A DNA stretch of 64,000 nucleotides, from the NCBI GenBank assembly GCA_963750165.1, contig CAVVPN010000011.1, positions 1,408,001 to 1,472,000 on the forward strand, given 5' to 3'. Both the position numbers and the translations under genes were made by a program. Below are positions 63,254-64,000 of this stretch, piece by piece (the first letter of the stretch is position 1; every line of letters begins with the position of its first letter). Source of the DNA: an uncultured Gemmataceae bacterium (GTDB lineage: Bacteria; Planctomycetota; Planctomycetia; Gemmatales; Gemmataceae). Under the pieces are notes generated by a model. It was not told where the DNA came from. It did no database searches and saw nothing but the letters and a program-made list of their open reading frames with translations.

Positions 63254-64000
63254 ATGCAACTCGGTTTCGTGAGTGCCATCCTGCCCGACCTGAACCTGGC
63301 CGACGTGCTCGCCGTCGCCGCCGACGAGGGTTTCGCCTGTGTCGAGTTGATGTGCTGGCCGCCCGGCGCCGCCGACCGCCGTTACGCCGGCGTCACCCAC
63401 CTCGACGTAACCCGCCTGGATGACGCCGAGGTGGCCCGGGTGCGCGGCCTGGTCGAAAAAACCGGCGTCGCTATCAGCGGCCTGGGCTACTACCCGAACC
63501 CGCTGCACCCCGATGCCAACCACCGTCGCACGGTCATCGAGCACCTGCACAAGGTCATCGACGCGGCCCCGCGGTTGGGCGTCGGTGTCGTCAACACCTT
63601 CGTCGGCCGCGACCCGGCCAAAAATGTGCCCGCCAACCTGGAACTGACGCGGCAGGTGTGGCCGGACCTTCTTCGCCACGCCGAGCGTGCGAACGTCAAG
63701 ATCGGCATCGAGAACTGTCCGATGCTGTTCAGCTACGACGAGTGGCCGGGCGGCGCCAACCTGTTCGTGTCGCCGGCGCTCTGGCGGACGCTGTTCGCGG
63801 AGTTCCCGAGTCCGCACTGGGGCCTGAATTTCGACCCGTCGCACCTGGTCTGGCAGCACATCGACTGCGCCCGCTGCCTGCGCGAGTTCGGCGGCCGCCT
63901 GGTCCACGTCCACGCCAAGGACGAGCGCGTTCACCCCGACCGGCTGTACGAGCAGGGCATCCTGGGGCTGGGCTGGCACACGCCAAAGCTGCCCGGCCTG
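63254..64000 (+). CDS. Sugar phosphate isomerase/epimerase (IolE-like TIM barrel), 3' truncated by window edge
   Basis: GAGG RBS; MQLGFVSAILPD...VELMCWP, LGYYPNPL, IENCPM, GLNFDPSHL, HVHAKD. Confidence 0.88.
   Translation, partial: MQLGFVSAILPDLNLADVLAVAADEGFACVELMCWPPGAADRRYAGVTHLDVTRLDDAEVARVRGLVEKTGVAISGLGYYPNPLHPDANHRRTVIEHLHKVIDAAPRLGVGVVNTFVGRDPAKNVPANLELTRQVWPDLLRHAERANVKIGIENCPMLFSYDEWPGGANLFVSPALWRTLFAEFPSPHWGLNFDPSHLVWQHIDCARCLREFGGRLVHVHAKDERVHPDRLYEQGILGLGWHTPKLPGL

Overview
GC-rich bacterial DNA, most likely a planctomycete of Gemmataceae type (inferred from a TIGR02996 remnant, an LRR protein, a fae-mtd-orf9 C1 module, a Ser/Thr kinase and the palindromic repeat families). Main content: (1) a ~21 kb minus-strand de novo cobalamin operon (8.1-29.3 kb) behind a cobalamin riboswitch. 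It carries both CbiX and CobN + ChlI/D-type chelatases, a CobN with an N-terminal Cys-rich ferredoxin-like domain, and two unannotated small membrane peptides at its head. (2) Two complete IS elements with terminal inverted repeats and target duplications. (3) Two tandem DUF374 acyltransferase-like genes, a B12-dependent radical SAM gene and a 2x37-aa repeat peptide. (4) An integron-type cassette array with an attI-like site and three attC sites but no intact integrase (48.8-52.0 kb). (5) Housekeeping genes: pfk, sat, coxMS-like, a PIN toxin-antitoxin pair, two aldehyde dehydrogenases, larB, and the cystathionine beta-synthase/gamma-lyase pair. About 14 single-base frameshifts in otherwise intact genes suggest uncorrected long-read indels. 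All calls come from motif recognition by eye; no database searches were run.
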